Source of the DNA: Felis catus
Lineage: Eukaryota
Direction: 5' to 3'
DNA length: 64,000 nt
Assembly: GCF_018350175.1 (NCBI RefSeq)
Contig: NC_058368.1
Coordinates: 158,040,001-158,104,000, forward strand
Shown here in pieces: positions 50,891 through 63,946 of the stretch (positions are counted from its first letter, which is position 1; every line of letters begins with the position of its first letter). A model generated the notes under the pieces. That model ran no database searches and was not told the DNA's origin. It was given only the letters and a program-made list of their open reading frames with translations. The position numbers and the translations under genes are program-made.

Positions 50891-51249
50891 AGTCGGTTGC
50901 TGTTGCCATGGCTGGGACTCAAAGCATATGGAATTCAGCACCCTTTCAAATTTGCAACATCAAGTTGAATTTTAGTGAAACCAGGAGATGAGTTTCTGGA
51001 AATTTATCAACTTTTTTTCTTTCTCCAGGTGTGTGATTAGGAAAATGCAGTTTGGAAAAGAGAAACTCACTCGAAGGTCTATGGATGGCTTTGTTGGCCC
51101 ATGCAGGGGGTGGGGGGTGGGGTAACAGCACCAAGGGTGTTTGGGGAGTTGGTGGGTCCAAGGAAAGGAAGTAGCACCGATCTTGTTATGTCCCTCCTGG
51201 GAAGAATGTTGCCTTACAGACTTCCTTCTCTCAGGTAGATGCCTGCACT

Positions 51250-51490
51250 TATAAAAAGGAATCCTGGCAGAGGTGTTATGAGTTCAGACTTACTTATTAA
51301 ACTGGATCAAACTCTGCCTTTATTTGTCCTGTGACCTGGGGTATGTGTGTCTCACCCTCCTTGTTGCTAAAAAAGGATTTGAGATGACAATATTTTCTAC
51401 ATTAAACTCTTGTTTTGAGAATGAAGTTAGTTAATAGATGTGCTTAAAATACTATCAGGCCACAGGTAAATGCTATCATTATCATTGGTC
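51250..51490 (+). mobile_element. MIR relic
   Basis: actctgcctttatttgtcctgtgacctgggg...ttgttttgagaatgaag. Confidence 0.6.
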
Positions 51491-52470
51491 TAAAATTTCC
51501 CTTCAAAGTCGATCTCAAAATACTCTTCCCCATTGTCATTTTGGAGGTTTGTAAGTAGGAAATTTAAAGAAAAAAATGTTTTAAAGAAACTCTGTCACAC
51601 CTCACACAAAGTAGAAATAGCAATTCTGGTTGATGAAGCACAGATTCAGTAAGGGGATGAAAGGGCTGCCATCTGTGGAGGAGGTCTGTGCTGGTTGCCA
51701 GCCCAGGAGCAGTGATCGAGCCTCACTTCCTCAAAGCACCACCATGGAGGCACCAGGGTTAATTATTGTAAACCACCTGGTGGTTTAAATTCCATTTTAA
51801 ATTGTATGGGTTTTTATAAAATCTTAGTTTTTAATTTGTCTTTAAAAAAGTGCTGTCTCAATTTTTAAAATCCCCCTGAGCTTCATGACTCATATCATAA
51901 GAAATCTGACCTTTCAACGGAAGGGGAAAAATCTAAGTTGTTACCTTGACAACAAAAGGTAAGCGAGATGCTTTGAGCTCTGGTGTTTCTGCTATAAATA
52001 ATCCATCTTTGGCCAGAACCACAAGCTAGAGAAATATTAATGTGAGAATGGAGAGGAATTAGCTAGGTTGGCCATGGGGAAAGTCTGCATATCAGGAGAT
52101 TGTTTTAATCACCATTTTTAGGAGTCATTCCCAGAGGCACTTTTGTAGCAATTAACCAATAAACCAATAAAAGGGAATGAATTCAATTTCTAAAAATGGG
52201 AATTTACACAAATGAAGACTGATAATGCTTTTTCATGTGAGGGCTTTCTCTATACTTATTTGTACCATTATCTAAATTGTGTTGTTTTCATTCAGAATAT
52301 TTATTCTCTGGTTTCCCAACAACCTATAAAACAGAACGAAGGGAAGCTAACAATGAACTTTGGTCCTTCAGCTATAATTTACATGATGTTACCCTGCATA
52401 GTAGCAGTAAAGGAACATCAGTAAAGTTGGATAGCTTTTAAGACATTGTGGATTATTAAAAAAGAAAAAG

Positions 52471-52693
52471 GGGGCACCTGGGTGGCTCAGTCAGTTGAGC
52501 ATCTGACTTCAGCTCAGGTCATGATCTCGCAGTCTGTGGGTTCAAGCCCCACATCGGGCTCTGTGCTGACAGCTCAGAGCCTGGATCCTGCTTCGGATTC
52601 TGTGTCTCCCTCTCTCTCTGCCCCTCTCCTGCTCAGGCTCTGTCTCTCTCTCTGTCAAAAATAATAAACATTAAAAAAATTAAAAAAAAAAAA
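52471..52693 (+). mobile_element. Can-SINE (felid type)
   Basis: Full length; TSD aaaaaagaaaaag. Confidence 0.97.
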
Positions 52694-53289
52694 GAAAAAG
52701 AAATCTAAGTCTTCTTTGGGTTGAAAGTAACAAAATACTACCGAATTTTTTTAAACAAGCTGTACTCATGGATAGGTCTAAAATTTATGGTTATGATTAT
52801 CCTTTTGCTTGCTGAATTAAATTAGAAATTAGTCTTCTGGGAAGTCCAAGTTATTTCTTAATAAACTTTAATAGTCTATGAGTCAGAGTAGGTGCTGCTA
52901 ACAATGAATCTTGCAGGATTTATTGGATGGCAAGTAGGAAATTGAGAGGAACGTCTGTCCAATGGCCTGTGGAAATAGTGCATTAAAATATTTTCTGAAT
53001 AAGAGGCTTTGCTCCAGTAGATTCTACCTGCTTTTCAGTAAATACACTTTATCCAGGAAGATTTCCTAAAGTTACCTTAAAGTTGGATGAAATTCTCTAT
53101 GACTATTAATGCATCTTATTGGCACCATGAGGTCACCCTCAGACTCACATGAACAAAATCAGATAACTTGATTTATTTTTTTTCAGATGATCTTGTTTTG
53201 TTCTTAAATTCCTACCCTGGATGATTGGGGTGGGGAGGAGCTTCTCTAGATTAAGAGACTTTTAAGAGAAACAACAACCAAATACATCA

Positions 53290-53900
53290 TATCACCCTTG
53301 ATTAAATCCCAATTCAAACAAGCCAACTAAAAATGGCAATTTGAAACAAAAACATTTATAATGGACTGCATATTAGACTTTTCCTGAAATGATTGTTAAT
53401 TGCTTAAGATGTGATAATAGCACTGTGGTAATGTCTGTAGCACTGTAGAAATTGCCTGTATTTCTTTTTTTTTTTTTTTAATTTTTTTTAACGTTTTTAT
53501 TTATTTTTGAGACAGAGACAGAGCATGAACGGGGGAGGAGCAGAGAGAGAGGGAGACACAGAATCGGAAGCAGGCTCCAGGCTCTGAGCCATCAGCCCAG
53601 AGCCCGACGCGGGGCTCGAACTCACGGGCCGTGAGATCGTGACCTGAGCCGAAGTCGAACGCTTAACCGACTGAGCCACCCAGGCGCCCCTGCCTGTATT
53701 TCTTGACATGCCTACTGAAGTCCATAGAAACAAAATGACATTCTATCTGGGATTTGCTATAAAATTTACTCTTTCAAAAAAGAGGATTGATTATAGAGGG
53801 GGAAAAGTGACAAAAAATTCCACAATATGAGTGATAGATATGTGCAGGTTCATTACACTGTTCTATTCTTATATATGTTTGAAAATATTCATAATTTTAA
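53290..53900 (+). mobile_element. L1MC4-like 3' UTR relic
   Basis: ttgttaattgcttaagatgtgataatagc; tatctgggatttgct; ggttcattacactgttct. Confidence 0.7.
53467..53690 (-). mobile_element. Very young felid Can-SINE
   Basis: About 15 CpGs retained, long T-tail, perfect 14-bp TSD tgcctgtatttctt. Confidence 0.98.
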
Positions 53901-54719
53901 AAGAAAAAAACAACCTTGTAACCTAAAACAGTCTCTCCCTCCTCTTTTCCATCTTATAAAGATGGCAGTCTAACCTCTTAGAGTAAATGTTGGTACAGTA
54001 TATCATCTTCATGGATGAGATCCCTGGATCCTCATTGGGTCTATCCCTGAAGAGTAATTGAGCCCATCATAGATGAAGCCCTATGGTTTCCTCTTGCGGA
54101 TTCATTTCTCATTTATGCTTTTGGAGGTGATACTGATGCTTTGAGGCCTGGTTGTGATTCCCAGTAGACCCCTGGTTGTGATTCCCAATGGTTTGGGTAA
54201 TCCATGCTCTAGCTCTCAGTTACAGAGCCATATTGTCTCTTCCACAGAGACCCCTCTTGTCTGGTGAGTTTACCAACTGATACCTTTAATTATTTCCACA
54301 TGTCACCCATCACGCCCAGACATGTAGAAACTTCTAGATTTCCCTACACCCCAGGGGAAAGCCATAGAGAATCAGTGGAGTAGAAAGGACATCCCATACA
54401 GTCTTTTAAGCACTTTACTCCACCAATTTTAATCTTCTTCTAGTGTCTGGTTGGATATAGTGGATAGTGCTAACCTCTGGGTTTTTCTGAGAAGCATGCA
54501 TTTTTTCCAGAATGGGTCTAGAGAAGGACAAATCAAGACCTTTGATCTGAAATCAACCCAGACTTATCTGAGTCCTTGTCTATACCCTGAGGCTTGGCTC
54601 ACAATGTGGCAGGGAAGCACCACACAGTTCAGCACCTTCCTCTTGCCCCTTTCTTCCTTTCTTCCCATCCTCCTAGCCTGGTTACCTGTCACAGAAAGAC
54701 TTCCCAAAGGGAAATACTC

Positions 54720-55260
54720 ATTTGAGTCTTTTCTCATTGTCTGTTTCCCTCACTAAAATGAAAATTCATGAGAACAGGGATCTTATAACTTGTTTACTGC
54801 TATATCCCTAGCACCTAAAGCTGTGTTTGGCACACATTAGGTGCTTAATAAATACATACTGGATAAATAGTCGATGAATAATCACTGTATACAGTTCTCT
54901 ATAGCACTTACTTTGCAAACTACACATCTATTAGTGTAAATACTTTATTAATGTCAATATCTCCCTCTAAAACTGTTTATGAAAATTGCCTGATAAAAAT
55001 GAACTTGAGTGCTTGGTAAACACTTGATTTCCAATTCTTTGCCTGAGATGCTGATTCTGTAGGTCTAGGGTGCAGATTAGGAATCGGTATTATTGCAAGT
55101 GCTTCCCACCCCCAAGGAGATTGCTCCCATTAGGGACCTTTGGCAAACATAACTCTAGAACTTAAGCCCTACAAGGCAAGCACCTTATCTGGTTTTAGTC
55201 ATTGGAGAGATCTGGCACATAGTGGAACCTCATTACATTGTTGCTGAATGAATGAACAAC
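54720..55260 (+). mobile_element. L2 3' ends with a nested MER5-like element
   Basis: catgagaacagggatctt...tggcacacattaggtgcttaataaat; gctgattctgtaggtctaggg; tgctgaatgaatgaa. Confidence 0.7.
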
Positions 55261-55416
55261 AGGTAGTGGTGAATACATGCGGGCCTCTTTGTGACTTGAT
55301 ATTCTCTTTTCAACAAGGAGACTGAATTTTTCTATAAAGGTTAGATGGGTTAATTAATGAAAAGCCATCATTTGACTTTCTAGAATACTATATTTCAAAC
55401 CTTATGGGTGGGAATG

Positions 55417-55419
<3 letters not shown>

Positions 55420-55463
<44 letters not shown>

Positions 55464-55481
55464 CTGTGTGTCTGTGTGTGT
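55420..55481. repeat. (TG)n microsatellite
   Basis: Direct reading. Confidence 0.95.
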
Positions 55482-55534
55482 CTTAGTACTTAATTAACAA
55501 GGCACACAGAATATAAGTATCAAGAAATCAGGCA

Positions 55535-56760
55535 TGTATTGCTATTGCTATTGGCATAAAAACAGATCAATAGAGGGGCATCTGGGTGGCTCAGTCAGTT
55601 GAGCATCCGACTTCAGCTCAGGTCATGATCTCCCAGCTTATGAGTTTGAGCCCATGTTGGGCTCTGTGCTGACAGCTCAGAGCCTGGAGCCCGATTTGGA
55701 TTCTGTGTCTCCCTCTCTCTCTGCCCTTAACCCATGTGCATTCTGTCTCTATCTCTCTCAAAAATAAACATTAAAAAAATTTAAAATATACAAATCAATA
55801 GAATAGAATAGAGTGTCCACTAAAAACCTATGCATATTAATTTCTAACCAAGGAGCCAAGAATGTACAATGAAGAAAAGATAGTCTCTTCAATAAATGGC
55901 ATTGGGAACACTGGACAGCTACATGCAAAGAATAAAACTTGATCACTCTCTCACACCATTAACAAAAATTTACTCAAAGTAGATTAAAGACTTGAATGCA
56001 AGACCTAAAACCATAAAACTCCTAGAAGAAAACATAAATATAATCTCCTTGACATTATCTTAGCAGTATTTTTTGTATCTGATTCCAAAGGCAAGGACAA
56101 CAAAAGCTAATATAAACAAATGGGATAACATGAAAGTAAAGAGCTTCTGCCCAGCTAAGGAAACCATGAACAAAACAAAAAGGCAACGTACTGAATGTAA
56201 GAAGATATTTGCAAATCATGTATCTGACAAGGAACTGATATCCAAAATATATAAAGAACTCATACAAATGAATAGCAAAAAAAAAAAAAAAAATTAACAC
56301 TCCAATTTAAAAATGAACAGAGGATCTGAATAGACATTTGTACAAAGAAGACATACAGATTGTCAACAGACACAAGAAAAGATGCTCAACATCACTAATC
56401 ACCAGGGAAATGTAAATCATAACCACAATGAGCTATCACTTCATCCTTGTCAGAATGCTGTTATCAGAAATACAAGAAATAACAAATCTTTGTGAGGAAG
56501 TTGAAAAAAAATGGACCCTATTGGACTATTGGTGAGAATGTGCAATTAGTGTAAATGGGGGTTTCTTTAAAAAATTAAAAATAGAACTACCATATGAACT
56601 ATCAATTCCACTTATGGGTATATATCCAAAGAAAGCAAAAACACTAATTAAAAAAGATATATGCACCAATATGTTTATCACAACATTATTTACAATAGCC
56701 AAAATATGTAAATAACCTGAGTATCCAGAAATTGATAAAAGAATAAAGAAAATATGGAAT

Positions 56761-56791
<31 letters not shown>

Positions 56792-57288
56792 GACACACAT
56801 ACACAATGGAATGCTACTGAGCCATATAAAGGAATGAAATCTTGCCATTTGTGACAACAGAACAACATGGATGGACCTTGAAGGTATTATGCTATGCAGA
56901 ATAAGTCAGACAGAGAAAGAGAAACACTGCATGATTTCACTTACAAATGGAATCTAAACAAACAAACAAACAAAACTAGACCAAACTCAGAGTCATAGAT
57001 ACAGAAAACAGAGTGGTAGTTGCCAGAAGGGAAGGGGAATAGGGGATGTGCAAAATGGATGAAGAGGATCAAGAGGGACAAACTTTCATTTATAAAATAA
57101 TAATTCATGGTGATGTACAGCACAGGGAATACTGTCAATAGCATTGTATTAACTTTGTATGGTGACAAATGGTGACTACACTTATCGTGGTGATCAGTTT
57201 GCAATACACACAAATGTTGAAACACTATGTTGTACACATGAAACTAATATAATATTGTATGTCAGTAACACTTCAGTGACAAAAATTT
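55535..57288 (+). mobile_element. Carnivore/laurasiatherian L1 (end of ORF2 plus 3' UTR), decayed
   Basis: ORF 56073-56297 (PKARTTKANINKWD..SFC..KET) and 3' UTR gaaactaatataatattgtatgtca. Confidence 0.92.
55575..55786 (+). mobile_element. Can-SINE nested in L1
   Basis: TSD aca(g/a)atcaataga. Confidence 0.96.
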
Positions 57289-57304
57289 GTTGTGTTGTCT
57301 TCTG

Positions 57305-57492
57305 TTTTTTGGTGTGTTTTTTTTTAAAGAGAGAGAGAGGGAAAGTGCACATGCACGTGCACACACACAAGCTGAGGGGCACAGGGAGAGGGAGAAAATC
57401 TCAAAATAGGCTCCATGCCCCACATGGGGCCCCATCTCATGACCACAACCATGTGATCACGACCTGAGCTGAAGGAGCCAGCCAGGCGCCCC
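57305..57492 (-). mobile_element. Older Can-SINE with internal deletions
   Basis: gatcacgacctgagctgaa joined directly to ggagccagccaggcgcccc (A-box region missing). Confidence 0.85.
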
Positions 57493-58039
57493 AAATTTAG
57501 TTGCATTCTCTTCTGAAACTGAATTATTTTTTGAAAAAGCATTTGCTAAACCATAACAATTAAATCACTGGTATTAATTATTATGAAAGAGGCAATAAAT
57601 CTCGTGTCACCTTTTCAGGTATCAGGAACAGAAACTAAGATTTTTTTTTTTAATTTTGTTCTGAAAGCATTTAGCGGGTAAATAAATTAGATGGAATACA
57701 TAAAAGCTATCATTTTTCTATTATCATTTTGATACGTCTGTACTTAAGATTCAAATGCTATATCTATGTGAGCAGGGAGGAAGCCAAACCACAGAACAAT
57801 CGTTGGACGGGGTGGGGGGGGGCAGAAAACCTGGGTACTGATTCTAACTTCACTCAGCTACTAGTCAATTTTATGACCTTTGTCAAATCACATCCCTTCT
57901 CTTTGCCTGGTTAGTTTCCTTCAGTACTAAAAAAGGTAGGGGTTCGAAAAAGAGTGGGGATTCAATTCGTTGATTTCTAGGACTTTTTTTTCCCAGCTTT
58001 TACATCTCACCATTAGCTTTTTCTTGTTGTTGTTGTAAA

Positions 58040-59716
58040 ATTTTTCTCTTTTTTTAATTTATTTATTATTTTTTAAATTTACATCCAAGTTAGTTAGCAT
58101 ATAGTGCAATAATGATTTCAGGAGTAGATTCCTTGATGTCCCTTAACCATTTAGCCCATTCCCCCTCCCACAACCCCTCCAGTAACCCTCTGTTCTCCAT
58201 ATTTAAGAGTCTCTTATGTTTTGTCCCCCTCCATGTTTTTATATTATTTTTGCTTCCCTTCCCTTGTGTTCACCTGTTCTTTCTCTTACAGTCTTCATAG
58301 GAGTGAAGTCATATGATATTTGTCTTTCTCTGACTGACTAATTTTGCTTAGCATAATACCCTCTAGTTCCATCCACATAGTTGAAAATGGCAAGATTTCA
58401 TTCCTCTTTATTGCTGACTAATACTCCATTGTATATATGTACCACATCTTCTTTATCCATTCATCCATCGATGGACGTTTGGGCTCTTTCCATACTTTGG
58501 CTATTGTTGATAGTGCTGCTATAAACATGGGGTGCATGTGTCCCTTCGAAACAGCACACCTGTATCCCATGGATAAATGCCTAGTAGTGCAATTGTTGAG
58601 TCATAGGGTAGTTCTATTTTTAACTTTTTGAGGAAACTCTATACTCTTTTCCAGGGTAGCTGCACCAGTTTGCATTCCACCAACAGTGCAAAAGACAGCC
58701 TCCTTCTCTGCATCCTCACCAACATGTCATTGCCTGAGCTTTTAATGTTAGCCATTCTGACAGGTCTGAGGTGGTATCTCATTGTGGCTTTGGTTTGTAT
58801 TTCCCTGATAATGAGTGATGTTGAGCATTTTTTCATGTGTCGGTTGGCCATCTGGATGTCTTCTCTGGAAAATTGTCTATTCATGCCTTTTGCCTATTTC
58901 TTCACTGGATTATTTGCTTTTTGGGTGTTGAGTTTGACATATTCTTTATAGATTTTGGATACTGACCCTTTATCTGATATGTCATTTGCAAATGTCTTCT
59001 CCCATTATGTTGGTTGCTTTTTAGTGTTGCTGATTGTTTCCTTCACTGTGCAGAAGATTTTATTTTGATGAGGTCCCAATAGTTCCTACTTGTTTTTGTT
59101 TCCCCTGCTTCTGGAGACATGTTGAGTAAGATATTGCTGCAGCCAAGATCAAAGACGTTTTTGTCTGCTTTCTCCTCTAGGATTTGTATGGCTTCCTGTC
59201 TTACATTTAGGTCTTTCATCCATTTTGAGTTTATTTTTGTGTATGGTGTAAGAAAATGGTCCAGGTTTATTCTTCTGCATGTCTCTGTGCAATTTTCCCA
59301 GCACCACTTGCTGTAGAGACTGTCTTTATTCCACTGAATATTCTTTCCTGCTTTGTCAAAGATTAGTTGGCCATACGTTTGTGGGTCCATTTCTGTATTT
59401 TCTGTTCTGTTCCATTTATCTGAGTGTTCTTGTGCCAGTACCATACTGTCTTGATGATTACAGCTTTGTAATACAGCTTGATGTCTGGGGTTGTGATGTC
59501 TCCTGCTTTGTTTTTATTTTTCAAATTGCTTTGGATTTTCAGTGTCTTTTCTGGTTCCATACATATTTTATGACTGTTTGTTCTAGCTCTGTGAAGAATG
59601 CTTGTGTTATTTTGATAGCAATGGCATTGAATATGTAGATTGCTCTGGGTAGTATTGGCACTTTAACAATATTTGTTCTTCCTATCCAGGAGCATGGAAT
59701 ATTTTTCCATTTTCTT
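58040..59716 (-). mobile_element. Carnivore L1, 5'-truncated (about 1.7 kb), frameshifted ORF2
   Basis: ORF fragments [50 protein letters not shown] in different frames. Confidence 0.96.
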
Positions 59717-59719
59717 AGT

Positions 59720-60030
59720 TCAAACACAAGGCACTGATCTAAATATTGGAATTACCTTAGTGAACGAAACAAATATCTGCTCTTAGAGAACTTGTATTCT
59801 GGCCAGAGGCAACAGATAATAAAAAGTAAAGAAAGCTAAAATAAATAGATAGGTAGGTAGGTAGGTAGATTGATAGGTAGGTCGATAGATAGATGGTAGA
59901 TAGGTAGGTAGATTGATGGATACATAGATAGATAAAATGCTATGGAGAACAATTAAGCAGGGAATAGTGTGTGGGTGTAGTAAATTAAATGGGATGGGCA
60001 GAAAAATCTCCCCTGAGATTTGGGTAAAGG
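59720..60030 (-). mobile_element. L2 relic containing a (GATA)/(TAGG)n microsatellite
   Basis: aggcactgatcta...tgctatggagaacaattaagcaggg; tetranucleotide repeat at about 59845-59934. Confidence 0.7.
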
Positions 60031-60199
60031 CCTATTGCCCCTTGACAACACAGAATTCAGTGATCAAGTAAGGCTGTGGCCAGAAGCATAAAATAAAGCT
60101 AGAGACAGTGAGGTACAGACACAAATTCCTGTAAGACCCATGGAAAAGTGAACCAGTCAATTGATGTAAATGGAGAATATAGTGGTTACTCAACTCCAC

Positions 60200-60890
60200 C
60201 GTTGCTGTCATGTAAGATCTGGGTCCAGTGTTGACAGATATGCTCTCTTCCAAGAGAAACTGGAAATCTGAATTTTTATGTAAAATATCCTGTTTTTTTT
60301 TAAGGGTTAATTATTACATTAGTTGCCTAGGGCTGCCGTAACAAAGTGCCACAAACCGGTGACTTAAAAAAACAGAAATTTATTCTAACACAATTCTACA
60401 GGCCAGAAGTCCAAATCAAGATAACAGCAGAGCCATGCTTTCTCTGAGACTGGATAGCATCCTCTCTTGCCTCTTCTTAGCTTCTGGTAATGGCCAACAA
60501 TCCTTACCATTCCTTGGCTTGGAGCCACATCACTCCAGTCTGAGCCTCCGTTGTCACAGGTACTCCCCTTTTGCATGTCTGTAGCTCTTCTTATAAGGAC
60601 ACCAGCAGTACTGAATTAAGGCCCCATGCTACCAGTTGACTTCCTCTTAATTAACTACATTTGCAATAACCCCTTTTCCAAATAAGGTCACATTCTAAGG
60701 TATTGGGGGTTTAGCCTGCAACATATATTTTGCAGGGGGGACACAATTTAACTCCTAACAGTTATCACTTAGGGGTTAGTGTTAGTATGCAGTTGGTATG
60801 CTTTTAAAAAAAATACTGCATTAGCACTCTGTAGGGCAAACAAATCATATACGTAGCTCACGTGTTATTTATTTATGAACTCTGGGCCAG
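60200..60890 (+). mobile_element. MER102-like relic split by an MLT LTR
   Basis: caagagaaactggaaatctgaatttttatgtaaaat ... cactctgtagggcaaacaaatcatat. Confidence 0.55.
60315..60760 (-). mobile_element. MaLR solo LTR (MLT1B/C-like)
   Basis: cctagggctgccgtaacaaagtgccacaaac...tttccaaataaggtcacattct; TSD attat/gttat. Confidence 0.92.
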
Positions 60891-61274
60891 AGATTGAGGA
60901 GCCTACCAAAAGGACTATAAACTTGAAATATAGTGTGGTCCCTGCCCAAGTAGTTCCTAAAATAATAAGTGAATGAATGAATGAATGGTGATGTTTATTT
61001 TATGTACCCAAATATCTAGAAAGTTATTCTATTACCAGAGAGAGAACACAGTTGGTCAAAACTATACTGAATGTTCAGTACTTTCTGTAGGTTTCTACTC
61101 AAATTTGAACAGAGCTGTATAAAATAGTAACTCCCACTTCTACCCCAGCCCTCTCTCCCTCCTTCCTCTGGCTTGGATTTCTCTGCATCATAAGACTTGC
61201 ACTTGTGTCTGAGATACTTCCCAGCTATCCTATGTGTTTTTTAATCATTATTTAAATGCCAGTTTTTCCTTTTC

Positions 61275-61670
61275 TGTGACAGAAATTGCCCGTGATTTCC
61301 CCAATATCCAAATTTCCCTTTCCTTAAAGGCAGAATGCTATGGAAAATTTGCTCAACTGGAAAACAACAATTTAAAGCCTAGTTAGCCAACAGGAATAGC
61401 TAAATAGATGTAAGTGGCAGTCTTGGGGCAAGACTTCTGAAAACCTCTTTATGTCATGTCCAACCATCCTGCTTGAAAAGCGAATATTACAACTGTAGTA
61501 ACAGCAGTCATTCAGGGCCTAAAGTGACATTGACAATGAAAGCTACACACTAAGAATGGTGGAGCAAAAGAAGCAGTGTGACTTCCTGCTAATATCTTGA
61601 GCCACTATACCAGCATCGGACAGCTTCCTTCCTTCCTTTCTGTGAGAAGAAAACCAAACCCTCCTTTAAA
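61275..61670 (+). mobile_element. Old MaLR LTR (MLT1I/J-like)
   Basis: tccccaatatcca...cacactaagaatggtggagcaaaag...gagccactataccagc. Confidence 0.6.
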
Positions 61671-61676
61671 TTCTAG

Positions 61677-62182
61677 TGCAGGAGGTAATATTTCTGTTTT
61701 ATCCTAAACCCACTCCCTCCCTTTTCATTTCTGCTCTATATTCCAGGGAATGGCATTTCCCAGGCTCCTTCTCCTTCCACTTTTCAGAGTGAGTCAGCCC
61801 ATAAGAGGCTCTGGTTGAATACCAGAGGACAAAAGGAGGGGAAAAGCCAGAGTATTTCTCCTCCTTACTCTCTGCTTCAAGAGAGACTCTGTCAGTCAGT
61901 GAGTAACTAACTTTCATCAGACAACCTTCTCTCCACAGAGAAACCTCCTCTTTCTGCCAAGTTGTCCCAGCCCCTGGGATCCAGGATCACCATGTCTTCC
62001 TTTCATCTCCTCATTTGGCAGTGGTAGGGGCTCTCTCCAGTTGCTAATCCACAGGTTTCCTCGCTGAATCCCATTGACTTTCCAGATCTTTCATCATCTG
62101 TATAATAAATTCCTGTATAAAATGCCCTCTTTTTGAAATATGTAGAGTGCTTTCTGTTTTCTGAGTGGATCTTAAATGATAT
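61677..62182 (+). mobile_element. ERVL-type solo LTR (LTR33-like)
   Basis: gcatttcccaggctcc...gaaaagccagagtatttctcc...ccagttgctaatc...tagagtgctttctgttttctg. Confidence 0.7.
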
Positions 62183-63946
62183 AGCCACTCAACTTTGCAG
62201 GAGGGAGACAATCTTTGCTTCTCTCAGATAAACACACTGTCCAACTGCTGTATCACCCTTCAGAATACATGGAGATAGCAGAAAGAAAGCGCTAAAAGCC
62301 TTTCAATATCCCAGTCAGGCCACCAGATCCTGGGTGTTTATGGCTCCTGATAACCAGATTTCAACCTTCCCTGAGTTTTCAGAACCAATTTAAGAAATAA
62401 AACTGAAAAGCATCTCATCTGCTCTTTGCTGGCCAGGGCTTAGCATATGCCCTTGGCAATCACATCTCTGTCAAAGACTTGCCTTGGAGTGAGCCAACAA
62501 TCTAATGTGCATCCTTCTCAGCTTTTGCCACATTGACTAAGTGGAGGATGGGACCCTCTGATCTCACCACAATCTTCCCATTTTCTGCTCTTTGAGATAA
62601 TCCATCCCTAGAGCATTTCCTAAATGTGTTCAGTCAACAGTTCAAAATCTTTCTCTGGCACTTGATCTACAGTGTCCACAAACATCATCAGCTTGTGCTC
62701 TCTGGGACCTGATACTCTGGAACACAAGCTTTATTGCTTTCCTACCACTCATACCAGGATCCTGGAATGTGTATGCTGGAGGTGGTAGGTCAGGTTTGCT
62801 GGCGATGGGTTCTTTCACCAATTCTAGCATTTCACTTGTAAACTTTCTATCCTGCAAAGAACTAATTCACCCTTCTTTAAATTCTGCATTGTATAACATA
62901 GGGGTCCATACCACTCATTCTTCTATCTTCTGTAGGAAATCTGTAGAATCATACTTATAAGCCTTCACATTATAGCTCCAGATTTTTATTGAGACATTAT
63001 CTGTAATCTTGTCTTGTAGCCCCATGCTACAAATTTCAGTGCTTGATCACACCCACCCCTTGTTGTTCCTCTTCATGAGAGGATTTGCCAAGTACACCGA
63101 CAGCTCAGACTGGGTCTGCATATAATTTGTCTTGAGTAGTATAGTGGTCTGAGCTTATTTCATTTAGATGGCCAGTTCCTATATTGTAGTATAACAATGC
63201 CACCCCCTCCCATATCTGTAAGATGTAACCCATCACAAGAATGAATCCAATTTTATTCATAGGTGATCACAAACATACAAAGGGTTCAGAGGATGGTCCA
63301 AATATTCATTTATTCTTGTCATGGAGGTTACCTTTCAGACCATACAGAATTGACCAGCCATTTAGAGTGGAAAGTTCTTTTTCCTTTTGCACTCTCTGTC
63401 CTGTCCTCGGGATATCTTTGTTGCCCCTTGTGATCAGGACAGCAAGATCTGTCCCTGTTTCTAGCCCAAGAAAACAAAGATAGATCCTTAAATTCTTCAG
63501 CGTGTAGCACCTAGATAAGGCAAACAAAACTCTGTTTGCTAATATCAATCACTTCTCGTAACATAATTTTAGTGTCTTTATGCTCTAGAAGACATCCCCT
63601 CCCCTTCAAGGGCAAGAATGGGTGACAGAAAATATCATCGTGGTACAGAAAAGAATAATCAATGGGCTAATTTTATAATAATGAAGAAAAATCAGTAAAG
63701 TTAATTTTGAAAAAGTTTTAGGGAAAATTGAATCAGAATAAGCTGAGATGAGTAAGTCCAAAGGACTTCTAAGAAAGATCTTTATAATTAGGGGTCTTTT
63801 TTTTTGTAATCATTCTCTATATAATCATTGTCCCATATATAATATTCTTCAAGATAAACAAAGATAAACCTGCAATATACACCCAAGCCTATCAATGATG
63901 AGACTGTGCTAGTGAGAAATGGTTCACATAAGAGTCCTCACCTGCA

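Noticed and set aside
53600..53690. tRNA-like A/B-box sequences
   Set aside because: They are heads of tRNA-derived Can-SINEs, not tRNA genes.
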